Source: an uncultured Chloroflexia bacterium (lineage in GTDB: Bacteria; Chloroflexota; Anaerolineae; CG2-30-64-16). From it: DNA of 64,000 nucleotides. Both the position numbers and the translations under genes were made by a program. The notes beneath the pieces are model-generated. The model searched no databases. It saw only the letters and a list, made by a program, of their open reading frames with translations, and was not told the DNA's origin. The stretch is taken from positions 128,001 to 192,000 of the forward strand of contig CAWEMM010000002.1 in NCBI GenBank assembly GCA_963810095.1, written 5' to 3'. Below, in pieces: positions 9,066 to 19,410 of this stretch (positions are counted from its first letter, which is position 1; every line of letters begins with the position of its first letter).

Positions 9066-10756
9066 TCACATCGTGTCCGGAGCCGAGACGCCCAGCAGGG
9101 TCAACACGCGTGCGAAAACGGCCTTCGTGGCCGCTATCAGGCGCAACCGGGCGCGAGACAGTTCAGCATCGGCCGGGTCAGATGAGACAACCCGGCAGTC
9201 GCGATAGAAGCCGTGGAATACGGCGGCCAGCTCCTGGGCATAGAACGCCAGGGTATGTGGCGCCAGCTGCAGAGCAGCCTTTTCGATGATCTCGGGCAGG
9301 TCGGCCATCTTGCGAAGCAGGGTTAATTCCGCCGGGTGGGTCAGAAGGGCCAGCTCGCCGGCGTCCCACTGTTCCTTCGTGAACCCCCGCTCGGCCGCCG
9401 TCCGCAGGATGCTGTTCATCCGGGCGTGTGCATATTGCACATAGAAGACGGGGTTCTCGTCGTTCTGCTGCAATGCAAGATTCAGATCGAAGTCGATGAC
9501 CGACTGGTTGGCCCGCGTGAGCAGGAGGAAGCGCACCGCGTCCTTGCCGACTTCTTCGACTACCTCGTCGATCGTGATGATGTCGCCCGACCGCTTGGAG
9601 AGCTTGACTTCCTTGCCGTCGCGGTACAGGCGCACCAGGTCGTAAAGCAGAATGTCGAGCCGGCTCGCTTCGAGGCCGAGCGCCATCATCAGGTAGGGCA
9701 TCCGCCGCGCCTGGTTCTGGTGATCCACGGCCCACACGTCGATAACGCGATCGAAGCCGCGCATGACGAACTTGTTGTAGTGATAGGCGACGTCGGATGC
9801 GTAGTAGCCCGGCTGCCCGCTCGAGCGCACCAGCACCTCGTCGCGATCCGGCGCCAGAATTGGAGGTGAGCAGCCACTCTGCGCCGTCGCGCACCGTCGT
9901 CTGCCCCTCGGCCCGCAGCGCAGCCAGCACCTGGTCCCAGATGCCGTCCTCGTACAGGCTCTTCTCCGAGTACCAACAGTCAAAGTGGATGTCGAGCAGG
10001 TCGACCGAGCGGCGAATCCAGGCCAGGACCAGCTCGAGGCCGATCTTACCGAGCGCGTCGACGGCTGCTTCCGGGTCGAGCTTAAGGAACTGGTTGCCAT
10101 GCGTCGGCCGTACCAGGCGCGCCAGGTCGACCATGTACTCACCCTGGTAGTGGTGCTGCTCGAGGGGCGCATCCACGCCGAACAGCCTGCTGGTAGCGGC
10201 GGTAGAGGGTCTCCGCGAAGGTCCGCATCTGCGTGCCCGCGTCGTTCAGATAGTATTCGCGTTGGACCTGCCAGCCGGCCGCTTCGAGCACCCGGGCCAC
10301 CGCATCGCCGAGCACCGCGTTGCGGGCCGAGCCCATGTGTAAGGGCCCGGTCGGGTTGGCGCTGATGAATTCCACCTGGCATGTGCGGCCGTGGCCCAGG
10401 TCTACATTGCCGTAGGGGCTGCCCGCGGTGGCGCCCTGCTCGACCGCAGGTACCAGCTGTGCCAGCCAGCGGTCGCTCAGCCGGAAGTTGATGAAGCCCG
10501 GCGGCAGGACCTCGGCCGAGGCATAGACCTCAGACGGCGCGAGGTGCTTCACGATCGCCTGGGCAATAGCAAGTGGCGCCATCCGGGCGACCTTGGCCGC
10601 CTGCATGGCCACCGTGGACGAGTAATCGCCGTGCTTAGGGTCTTTGGGCCGGCTCATTTCGAGCGCGGGGATGTCGAAGGCGGGCAGATCGCCCGCAGCC
10701 TGCGCGGTGCGAGCGGCCGCGGCGACCAGTTCCGCGAGTTGATTGCGTACAAGCAC
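9066..10756 (-). CDS. argS: Arginine--tRNA ligase, frameshifted near 10185 and 9860
   Basis: HGDYSSTVAM, EFISANPTGPLHMGSARNAVLGD (HIGH motif), REYYLNDAGTQ, KLSKRSG, NPVFYVQYAHAR, LLGVSAPDTM. Confidence 0.97.
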
Positions 10757-10778
10757 GAGAAGCTACTCCGAAAGTGGT

Positions 10779-10826
10779 TCTTGGGCAGGGCAGCGGCGCC
10801 CATGGGCGCCGCTGCCCTGCCCAAGA
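10779..10826. repeat. Perfect 48-bp palindrome between polA and argS
   Basis: TCTTGGGCAGGGCAGCGGCGCCCA|TGGGCGCCGCTGCCCTGCCCAAGA, no spacer. Confidence 0.9.
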
Positions 10827-10827
10827 G

Positions 10828-13661
10828 CTAGACAGCACTCTGGTCGAACCAGTTGAGCCCGTATTCCATGTCGACCTTGAGCGGCGCGTCGAGTTCGTAA
10901 GCGCCCTCCATGGTTTCCTTGACGATTGCGGCCACTTGCCGCAGCTCTTCCTCGGGCGTCTCGAGCACGAGCTCGTCGTGCACCTGCAAGGTCATCCGGG
11001 CCTTTAGCCCCTCTGCCTTCAACCGCCGGTGCAAGCTGATCATGGCCATCTTAATGATGTCGGCGGCCGTGCCCTGAATCGGGTGGTTGATGGCCGCCCG
11101 CTCGGCTGCCTGGCGCATGTTGTACGCCTGCGCCGACGTGTGCTGTCGTCTTGAGCACCGGGAAGTAGCGCCGCCGGCCCAGCAACGTCTCGACATAGCC
11201 CTGCCGCCGCGCCAGCGCCGTCGTCTCCTCGATGTACTTCTTGACGCCCGGGTACGTGGCGAAGTAACGGTTCATGAAATCGCCCGCTTCGGACCGGCTC
11301 AGGCCCGTGCGTTGTGCCAGTCCAAATGCCGTGACGCCGTAGGAGGTCGCGAAGTTCATCATCTTGGCAACCGCCCGCTGTTCCTTGGTCACCTGGCTGA
11401 GCGGCACCCCGTACACCTTCGCCGCGGCGGAGGCATGGATGTCTTCGCCCCGGGCGAATGCGGCGAGCATGTACTCGTCCTGCGTGATGTGCGCCAGGAT
11501 GCGCAGCTCGACCTGCGAGTAGTCCGCCGACAGCAGCACGAAACCGGGCTCCGCGATGAACGCCTTGCGGATCTCCCGGCCAATATCAGAGCGAATCGGG
11601 ATGTTCTGCAGGTTCGGGTTGCTCGAGCTCAAGCGCCCCGTCTCCGCGCCTGACTGGTTAAACGAAGTGTGGACCCGCCCGGTACGCGGATTCACCAAAG
11701 TCGGTAGCGCGTCGACATATGTGCCAAGCAGCTTGGTGAGCTGCCGCTGCTCCAGGATCAAGTCGACGATCTCGTGGCGCCCCCGCAGGCCCTCCAGCAC
11801 GTCGGCGGCGGTGGAGTACGCGCCGGCCTGCGTCTTCTTCAGTCCGTCGGTGGGCAGGGCCAGCTTGCCAAACAGGATGTCTGACAGCTGCTGCGTCGAG
11901 TTCACGTTGAAGGCGATGCCGGCGATCTCCTGGATCTCGCGCTCCAGCTTGCGCACGCGTGCCGTCAGCTCAACCGACATCTGCTTGAGGAAGTCCACGT
12001 CGACCTTGACGCCGCTCCGTTCGATGTCGACAAGCACGGGCACCAACGGCATTTCGACGTTGCGGAGCAAGTTGTCCAGGCCCTTCTCGGTCACCTCAGG
12101 CAGCAGCACTTCAGCCAGGCGCATCGTCATCGCGGCGTCGGCCCCGGCATACGCGCCCGCGGTCGCGGCGGGCACCTGGTCCATCGTGATCTGCGCCTTG
12201 CCCGTCCCGATCAGGTCTGTGATGCGGGTCATTTCGGTCTTCAAGCCGGGTCCAGACGAGATCCTTCAGACCCAGCCCACGCAAGCCCGGATCGATCAGC
12301 CAGGCAGCGATCATCGTGTCGATCAGCTGGCCCGCCACCTGCAGGTCATACCGGTCCAGGATGCCGATATCATAGGACGCGTTGTGCGCGATCTTTTCGG
12401 TGTCCGGGTTCTGGAAAGCAGGCAACAGCGCAGCCTTGACCGTGTCCCAGGGGAGGCAGGACGTGTCGCTGTGGCCGAGCGGGATGTACGCGGCCTGGTC
12501 CAATGCGGGGCCCCAGGCCACGGCAAGCCCCACGAGTTCGGCCGCGTAGGGGTCGGTGCCGGTCGTCTCCGTGTCGAAGGCGATCCGGGGTGCGGCCGCC
12601 AACTGCTCGGCCACTTCGATCAGCGCGGGTGCCTGCAGCACGAGGAGGGGCGTTGGGCCGGGCTGTGCGGGAAGCTGCGCCGCGCCGCTGGCGCTGGCGC
12701 CCGCCGGCAAGGCATCCTGTTCAAAGAGCGCCATCTGCGCCCCGCCCTCCGTGGCGACGGCGGGCGAGGCAGCGGGTTCTGGCGCGGCGGGTCCCTGCTC
12801 GGCCGGGGGCAGCGCGTTCGCGAGCGAGCGAAACGCCAGCTCCTGGAAAATAGCGACCACCTTGGCCCGATCGTAGCGCCGGGTGTGGCACGCTTCCAGG
12901 TCGAGCTGCACCGGGACGTCCGTGACGATCTGGCCCAGCTTGCGGCTCAGCTCGGCATCGGCCCGGCCCGCTTTGAGCGCGGTCTGCAGCCGGTTAGGCT
13001 GCACGTTGTCAAGGTCCGCATAGACCGCGTCCAGCGTGCCATAGCGCTGGAGCACGTCGGTTGCGCCCTTCTCGCCGATGCCCTTCACGCCCGGAATATT
13101 GTCCGACTTGTCGCCGATCAGCGCTTTGTAGTCGACCAACTGGTTCGGCTCGAGCCCGTACTTGGCCTTCACGGATTCGGGCGTGTAGTAGATCGTATCG
13201 GAGAACGTGCGCCCCGAGGTGAGTACGGTGATGTGGTCGTCCACCACCTGCAGGATGTCGCGGTCGCCGGTGACGATGATGGTATCGACCCCGTGTGCCT
13301 CCGCCTGGAGCGCCAGGGTCGCGAGGATGTCGTCGGCCTCGTAAGGCTCCAGCTCAAAAATGGGGATATTGAGCGCCTCGACGATTTGCTTGATACGCTC
13401 GACCTGCGTGTGGAGCTCGTCGGGCGTGCGTTCGCGATGCCCCTTGTACGCCTCGTACAGATCGTGGCGAAAGGGCCGCCCGAGGTCGAAGGACACGGCC
13501 ACATATTCCGGCTTCTGCTCCTGCAGCACCTTGAGCAGCATGCTCATGAAGCCGTAGACCGCGTTGGTCAGTTCGCCCGTGGGCGCGCTCATATCGGGCG
13601 GCAGCGCATGGAAGGCGCGGAACGCCAGGCTGTGGCCGTCGATCAGGACGAGCTTCGGCAT
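10828..13661 (-). CDS. polA: DNA polymerase I, frameshifted near 12240 and 11140
   Basis: MPKLVLIDGHSLAFRAFHA (5'-3' exonuclease), GDKSDNIPGVKGIGEK, AFDTETTG (3'-5' exonuclease), TGRLSSSNPNLQNIP, SADYSQVELRILAH, LQVHDELV. Confidence 0.97.
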
Positions 13662-13931
13662 GTTAAGCCTTGCTGGGCTCGGGTTCGCGTTCCGAAGCGG
13701 CTTCTTGGTGTACTTGCCCTTGCGCGGCTGGAACTTTTCGACCTTGATCTTGCCCGCATTGACGAGGGCGTTGACCTGCGCCAACTCGAGCGCGCAGCCC
13801 GTAATGCGAATCGTGCGCCCGGCGTCGAGCCGCATCACGCCGCTGTCCAGTTCCAGAAGGAAATTGTCCTTCGAAGCGTTTGTCAGCTCGACGATATCGT
13901 CTGGTTTCCAGGTAATAGTTGGGTAAGCCAT
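13662..13931 (-). CDS. Small hypothetical protein upstream of polA (in frame with polA in this assembly)
   Basis: ~90 aa, MAYPTITWKPDDIVELTN..., with SD GGAG; an out-of-frame TAA sits 1 nt before the polA ATG. Confidence 0.6.
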
Positions 13932-14050
13932 GCTGCTATCTCCGCAAAGATTAAAACCAGGTTACATTTTACCTTCGCAGGGCGGATTCGTCAACGCTAC
14001 TGCCGCGCTCCGCGCCGCGCTCCGGGCGCAGTTTAGGTTTTCGGCGTACC

Positions 14051-14550
14051 GGCTTGGAGCGCGAAGCCACGAAGCGTAGCGAAGACGCGAAGAGCGAAGG
14101 CCAGCGCCCCGACGTGCGTTCTTCGCGCACTTCGCGCTTCGTGATCTTCGTTCACCTTCGCGTCTTCGCGTTCCAGACCGCCTGGCGTTGGGCGAAATCT
14201 TGCACCCTGGTGGGCGTGGCGGCTTGGAGCACGAAGCCACGAAGCGCAGTGAAGCCGCGAAGCACGAAGGCGGGCGCCCCGACGTGCGTTCTTCGCGCAC
14301 TTCGCGCTTCGTGATCTTCGTGCTCCTTCGCGTCTTCGCGTTCCAAACCGCCCCGCGTTGCGCGAAATCTCTTGCACCCCGGTGGGCGTGGCGGCTTGGA
14401 GCACGAAGCCACGAAGCGCAGCGAAGCCGCGAAGACGAAGGCGGGCGCCCCGACGTGCGTTCTTCGCGCACTTCGCGCTTCGTGATCTTCGTGTTACCTT
14501 CGCGTCTTCGCGTTCCAAACCGCCCCGCGTTGGGCGAAATCTTGCACCCT
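14051..14550. repeat. Tandem array of three ~170-bp imperfect hairpin units (CGAAG/CTTCG-rich)
   Basis: Units start at GGCTTGGAGC 14051, 14221 and 14393; left arm is repeated CGAAG, right arm repeated CTTCG; inverted homolog at 48590-48780. Confidence 0.95.
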
Positions 14551-14560
14551 GTTCGTGGTG

Positions 14561-16242
14561 CTAACCAGGGGCGACGACGAGCGGCAGGTAGAGGCCGAAC
14601 CGGGGCCCCGGCAAGGTCGTTGCCGGTGTTACGGCGTGGGCGTGCGAGGGCAGGCTGGCGTGGGGGTGCCGGACGGCGCGACGGTGGGGGTCACAGACGG
14701 CGTCATGCTCGCCGTTGCCGTGTCCGTGGCTGAGACGGACGGGGTGGGAGTCGGCGTGGGCGTTTCCGACCCTGGCCCCGCTCCGCCTTGTCCGAGGTAC
14801 GCAAACGCAGCGCCGGCGTTCTGCGTGTTTGCGTCATACTCGGGCGCGCCGACGAGGAGGTCGCCCCGGCCATCGCCGTTCACGTCGCCCGCGCCGCTCG
14901 CTGCTGCGCCGAGGTAAGTGTAGGCGAGGTCCGACTCGATCAACAAGGCCGGCTCGGACCGCGGGCCGCCAGACGAGCCATAGTAGACGAAGGCGACGCC
15001 TTCGTCGGCCTGGCCCCGGTCCATCCTGGGTGCGCCGGCAACAATGTCGCCGTAACCATCGCCGTTCATATCCCCTGCGCCCGCCGCGGCGTATCCGAAG
15101 TCCGCGCCGGGCTGACCGCTTCCTGCGGTCCAGTTCGCGGCAAGGCCGGGGCCACCCGGCGCGCCGTAGTACACGAGCACCCGGCCCGCGCCCGTGTCCC
15201 AGCCGGGCGCGCCGAGGATGATATCGTCGATGCCGTCGCCGTTTACGTCGCCCGCAGCCGGCCGGCCACGGCCCAGCTTTGCGCCGGCCTGATTGCTCTC
15301 CGTGACCCAGCCGGGTGATGTTTGGAGGCCGTTCGGCGAGCCGTAGTAGAGATAGGCGCGGCCCTCGCCGGCTTGGTCCGAGCTGTATTGCGGCGCCGAA
15401 ACCACGACATCGGCGTACCCGTCGCCGTTCACGTCGCCCGCCCCGCCCGTTGCCCCATCGCCGAAGTAACCCTTCGCTTGATCGCCCGTGGCCGTCCAGC
15501 AGGGAGAGGGACCCAAGCCTGCGGCTGAGCCGCACCAGGCATACACCTTGCCTTGCGCCCAGCCGAGCCCGGCGTTCATGCCGTAGGCGCCGGCGATCAC
15601 GTCGTCAAAGCCGTCACCGTTGACGTCGCCCGCCTTGTCGATCGCGCTGCCCAGGTACGCGTGCCACTTCTCGCCCGTGGCCGTCCAGTCCGGCTTCGCG
15701 CTCAGTCCTGCGGCAGAACCATAGAAGAGGTACGCGCGGCCTTGGCCCTCGCTGGTGCCTGTGAAGCCCGGCGCGCCCAGCAGCACGTCGTCGTAGCCGT
15801 CGCCGTTCACGTCGCCGGCCCCGCTCACCCGCAGGCCCGGGTCGCCGCTGGCAATGCCGGTGTAGGTCCACGCCGGTGAAGGGCGCAACCCGGCCGCCGA
15901 GCCATAGAAAACAAACGCCGCACTGGCGCCCGTAATCCCGTGAACTGGTTCCGCCACGATCACGTCCGCGTAGCCATCTCCGTTGACGTCGCCGGCCGCG
16001 CTCACGGAAGCGCCGAGGTTGCGGCCCCAGTCGCCCACGATCATCCAGTTCGGGGGCGGCCGCGGGGTGGGGAAGGGCGTCGGCGTATTCGTGGGGGTGC
16101 GGGTCAGGGTCGGGGTTGCGCTGAGATTGGGTGTGTTGGTGGGCGAGCCGCCGCCCTCCGGTGCGACCGCGCCCGACGGCGCGGGGGCCAGCACGAGCAG
16201 GAGCGCCAGCAAGCCGACTGCAGCCAGGAGCCACTTGATCAT
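14561..16242 (-). CDS. Secreted FG-GAP (integrin alpha beta-propeller) repeat protein; true C-terminus probably behind a frameshift near 14640
   Basis: Signal peptide, TP linkers, seven AGDVNGDGYxD..GAP repeats; the alternate frame continues TTLPGPRFGLYLPLVVAPG* to 14561. Confidence 0.9.
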
Positions 16243-16546
16243 AGCCTATCTCCAGTCCGGCGCGGCGCCAGACCCGGTTGGAGCCAGGAGGAAGGGAAGG
16301 TTGGCCGCGCTGCCAATCGAAGTCTGAACCCGGTGCGACAACGCCCTATTCATCGCGCTGCTTCATGACAGCGCGTTGAACGGGTGGCCGGGCCAAGATG
16401 AAGTCGCGAGACACTCCTAAACTAAACGCTGCGTGAACTTGCGGCCAGACCTGCGGGCCTCGGAGATCTCGCAGGTCGCCGGGTAGCAGTTTCAGCGTGC
16501 GATTCATTTAAGTGCAACCAAGGAGAAAGTGCGCAATGTCCCGGCG

Positions 16547-16652
16547 TCCTTCGACTGCGGCCCCCTGACGGGGCCTCCGCTCAGGATGCCTGCGTGCGCT
16601 TACAAGGCGCATCCTGAGCGGAGCGGGGCGCAAGACCGGCGCAGTCGAAGGA
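16547..16652. repeat. Branched palindromic REP-like element (TCCTTCGACTGCG...CGCAGTCGAAGGA)
   Basis: Outer stem TCCTTCGACTGCG/CGCAGTCGAAGGA, inner stem CTCCGCTCAGGATGC/GCATCCTGAGCGGAG, small side hairpins. Confidence 0.8.
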
Positions 16653-16703
16653 GCGCCGTGATCCGACAACATCACCGTGGCTGTACTTAGGCGCATGATA
16701 AGC

Positions 16704-16899
16704 TGCCAGTTTTGGAGGTATCGGCATTCGCGAGACCCCCCATGGATGTGGCATAATAATCATAAAGATATAAACATCTCACCATGCCGGCCGGGAACCG
16801 CCGGGGCGATCTGTGTTCTTTGGCGATGTTTATACTTTTATGATTATTATGCCACCTCTGGGCGATACGGCGCGAATGCAAGAGCATCGAAAAGTGGCA
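16704..16899. repeat. Long AT-rich imperfect inverted repeat (MITE-like)
   Basis: 31-bp arms 16748-16778 / 16825-16855 match at 29/31; symmetric outer matches GCATTCGCG/CGCGAATGC and TGCCAGTTTT/AAAAGTGGCA. Confidence 0.8.
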
Positions 16900-16995
16900 A
16901 AAGCGCTGTCGCTCTGCCATAAGCCAGACAGATGCCTGAACTCATCGCAAGGTGGCAAGGACTCGCGGTGTAGGCAAGCTCATTTTGCGACTGGT

Positions 16996-17589
16996 TTAGT
17001 GCGTCTCGCGCCAGCCGCATACTTCGATCTGCAGGTCGTCGACGGTCACGGGAAAACCGGGTCCGGTGGGGCTGCACGCATATATGCCGGCCTGGAGCCG
17101 CGCAGGGCACCCATGCAGGTGGGTAATCCGCATCTGCATCCAGTCGCGGCCATCCGTCGACCAACTGAGCCGGAAGTCGTCAGCGTACCGGTCTAGCTTG
17201 TAGTGCATTCGAGTGACGGGCCCGACCACGTCCTGGGTCGCCCAATCGGAAAACCCCTGAGATTGGTGACCACGGACCCCAGCCGGCTGAACGTCAGGCG
17301 TTTCGTACTCAACTGAGCACTTGATCCACGCGTCGCCGTCGACCCGGCACATCAGCCCGCACTGGTCGTATTGCGCGGTGGGCTGGAACTGGAACGCGGC
17401 GGACAAGGAGAAGTCGCCGTCGAGCTCGGTGTAGAAGAAATGACCGTTATCCCGGCGAAAACCGTAGTGTGTGCGCTGCCAGTAGTCGGTGTCGGGATCG
17501 GTGGTAATTCCGAGCGTCTGGGCGAGGCCCCACTGAGCCGGCTCGTGCAGCCAGCGAAACGGCTTCAGAGTCTCTTGCAGCGATGGCAT
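16996..17589 (-). CDS. DUF1349 domain protein (concanavalin-like fold)
   Basis: TDYWQRTHYGFRRDNGHF, YDQCGLM..WIKCSVEY, SDWAT, GIYACSP; short compensating frameshift near 17270. Confidence 0.85.
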   Translation of the reverse strand: MPSLQETLKPFRWLHEPAQWGLAQTLGITTDPDTDYWQRTHYGFRRDNGHFFYTELDGDFSLSAAFQFQPTAQYDQCGLMCRVDGDAWIKCSVEYETPDVQPAGVRGHQSQGFSDWATQDVVGPVTRMHYKLDRYADDFRLSWSTDGRDWMQMRITHLHGCPARLQAGIYACSPTGPGFPVTVDDLQIEVCGWRETH

Positions 17590-17639
17590 CGTGTCTGCGT
17601 TCCTTTCTGCGGCCCTGGCGCGGCGGGTGCGGCGCCGCT

Positions 17640-19328
17640 TCACGCCCCGGCCTGCATCGTCTGCAGGATGCCCTGCAGCGGGATGCGCGCCCAGCTAGGC
17701 CGGTTATTCAGTTCGTACCCCAGCTCGTACACCGCCTTCTCGACCAGGTAGGCGTCGAGCAGAAACTTAAGCTCGTCCCAACCCTCCGGGATGAACGCCG
17801 CCCGGGCCGCAACCTTGAGATAGGTCTGCAGGTAGGCCACGGAAACCCACAGGTGCCAGTAGCGCGCCCACGCCTCGAGCTCGGGCGAGGGTGCGGCGTC
17901 CTGCGACTGGGCGAAGTAGGCCGCGTACGCGGCGTAATGGAACGACCGCAGCATGCCCGCCACGTCCTGCAGGGGCGAGCGCTTCATCTGCCGCTCGCTC
18001 AAGGGGCGGGCCGGTTCGCCCTCGAAGTCGATGATCATGAAGTCGTCGCCCGTGTAGAGCACCTGACCCAGGTGATAGTCGCCGTGGATGCGTGATCGCA
18101 TGGCGTGGATCGGGTGGGCCAGTAAGGTGTCGAAACCGCTCGCGATATAGCCCTCGAGGTCCAGCACCTGGCGCGCCTCGTCCTGGCCCACTTCCGGCAG
18201 CGTGTCTAGCCGCGACCGCAGCAGGCGCATGATCCGGTCGGTCAGTTCGCGCATACTGCGATGGAGATAAGCCTGGAAGGCAGCGTCAAAAGGCTCGGGT
18301 GCGAATACCGGGTCTTCCGGGTGGGATGCGAGCGCCAGGTGCAGCTCGGCGGTGCGGCGTCCGAGCAGGCTTGCCGAGCGCAGGTAAGGGCCGATGAGTT
18401 CCTTGGCCTCGTCGGGCACAGGATCTCGCACGAGCTCGATCAGTGTGGCCTGGGGCAGCACCGGGGCGCCGCCCGCCGCGCCCCGCTGAGCGACGGAGGC
18501 GAAGTAGCCGGCGAGCGAGTCGAGGGTGTAACGCCACGCGTCGCCCCGGTTGGGCACAAACCCCTGCAGAAGCGCCACCGTGACCGGCGCGCTCCCGATT
18601 TCCCTGCGGCGAAACTCCAGGACGCCCGCCAGCGGAGGCGTGTTGGCGAATGCTGCCTTCTCTGTCAGGAATTGGCCGATCTCCTGGTCGGGGTTGATGC
18701 CCATTGCCAGCCGCCGGTAAAGCTTCAGAATGAGCCGGTCACCGAAGCGGACGGAGGTGTTGCTCTGCTCGACCCCCAGCAGGATGGGCGGCAGCGCTTC
18801 TACCGGGTCGCCCCGCAGACCGGCGAGCACGGCAGACGTCACTGCAACAAGGTCGCCGCTCGTGCCCTGATACTGCCGGCCCTCGCCGATCGTTGCCAGC
18901 AGCGCGGCGCAAAAGTCGGGGTCCCACACCGCGTCGTAGAGCACCCCGTCGTCCTCGCCTGCCTGGAGGGTCGCGACAAGGGCCGCCGGCCGCTCCTGTA
19001 CCAGGGCCTGCGCCTCGTCTCCGCCGGCAAAGCCGAGGGGCAGCACGTAGGTCTCGCTTTCTCCCTCGACGAATTCCACCTCCAGCATGACAAGGTGCGC
19101 GGTGGAAAGGATGGGCACGGTTTCGACAATGCGGACGTTACGCATGGCGCGTGCCTTGGAGCCGAACCAGCGCCGGGGCGCAATGAACTGCGGCAGAGCC
19201 GCTTCGAGCGCGCGACGGCTGTCGCCCTCGAACACGGCGTGCCAGCCGCCCGGTACAGCGAGCGCAGGGAGGGCGGGCAGTGGAGGGGAGGCCGGCAGAC
19301 AAGCAGCGCCGGTGATGGAATCTGTCAT
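17640..19328 (-). CDS. Putative maltokinase (Mak/Pep2, TreS C-terminal-like)
   Basis: RRWFGSKAR, EQSNTSV..LKLYRRL..NPDQEI, LGRRTAELHLAL, RIHGDYHLGQVL, IDFEGEP, DVAGMLRSFHYAA, KAVYELGYELNNRP. Confidence 0.9.
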   Translation of the reverse strand: MTDSITGAACLPASPPLPALPALAVPGGWHAVFEGDSRRALEAALPQFIAPRRWFGSKARAMRNVRIVETVPILSTAHLVMLEVEFVEGESETYVLPLGFAGGDEAQALVQERPAALVATLQAGEDDGVLYDAVWDPDFCAALLATIGEGRQYQGTSGDLVAVTSAVLAGLRGDPVEALPPILLGVEQSNTSVRFGDRLILKLYRRLAMGINPDQEIGQFLTEKAAFANTPPLAGVLEFRRREIGSAPVTVALLQGFVPNRGDAWRYTLDSLAGYFASVAQRGAAGGAPVLPQATLIELVRDPVPDEAKELIGPYLRSASLLGRRTAELHLALASHPEDPVFAPEPFDAAFQAYLHRSMRELTDRIMRLLRSRLDTLPEVGQDEARQVLDLEGYIASGFDTLLAHPIHAMRSRIHGDYHLGQVLYTGDDFMIIDFEGEPARPLSERQMKRSPLQDVAGMLRSFHYAAYAAYFAQSQDAAPSPELEAWARYWHLWVSVAYLQTYLKVAARAAFIPEGWDELKFLLDAYLVEKAVYELGYELNNRPSWARIPLQGILQTMQAGA

Positions 19329-19410
19329 GGGTCCTTACCTCCGTTTACGCAAATGCTTCGAGACTTGGAACACAACCGAAGGGCGGTGCAAACCAATCCA
19401 GGTGGGCGGC

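Noticed and set aside
11556-14036. 826-aa plus-strand ORF and other long antisense ORFs (33068-34951, 48900-51143, 44769-46343, 38922-40211)
   Set aside because: Shadow frames opposite well-supported genes in high-GC DNA; no recognisable motifs
14051-14550. CRISPR array, or coding ORFs over the tandem repeat
   Set aside because: Units are ~170 bp and nearly identical throughout, with no unique spacers and no cas genes; the overlapping ORFs are R/A/S-rich translations of the repeat
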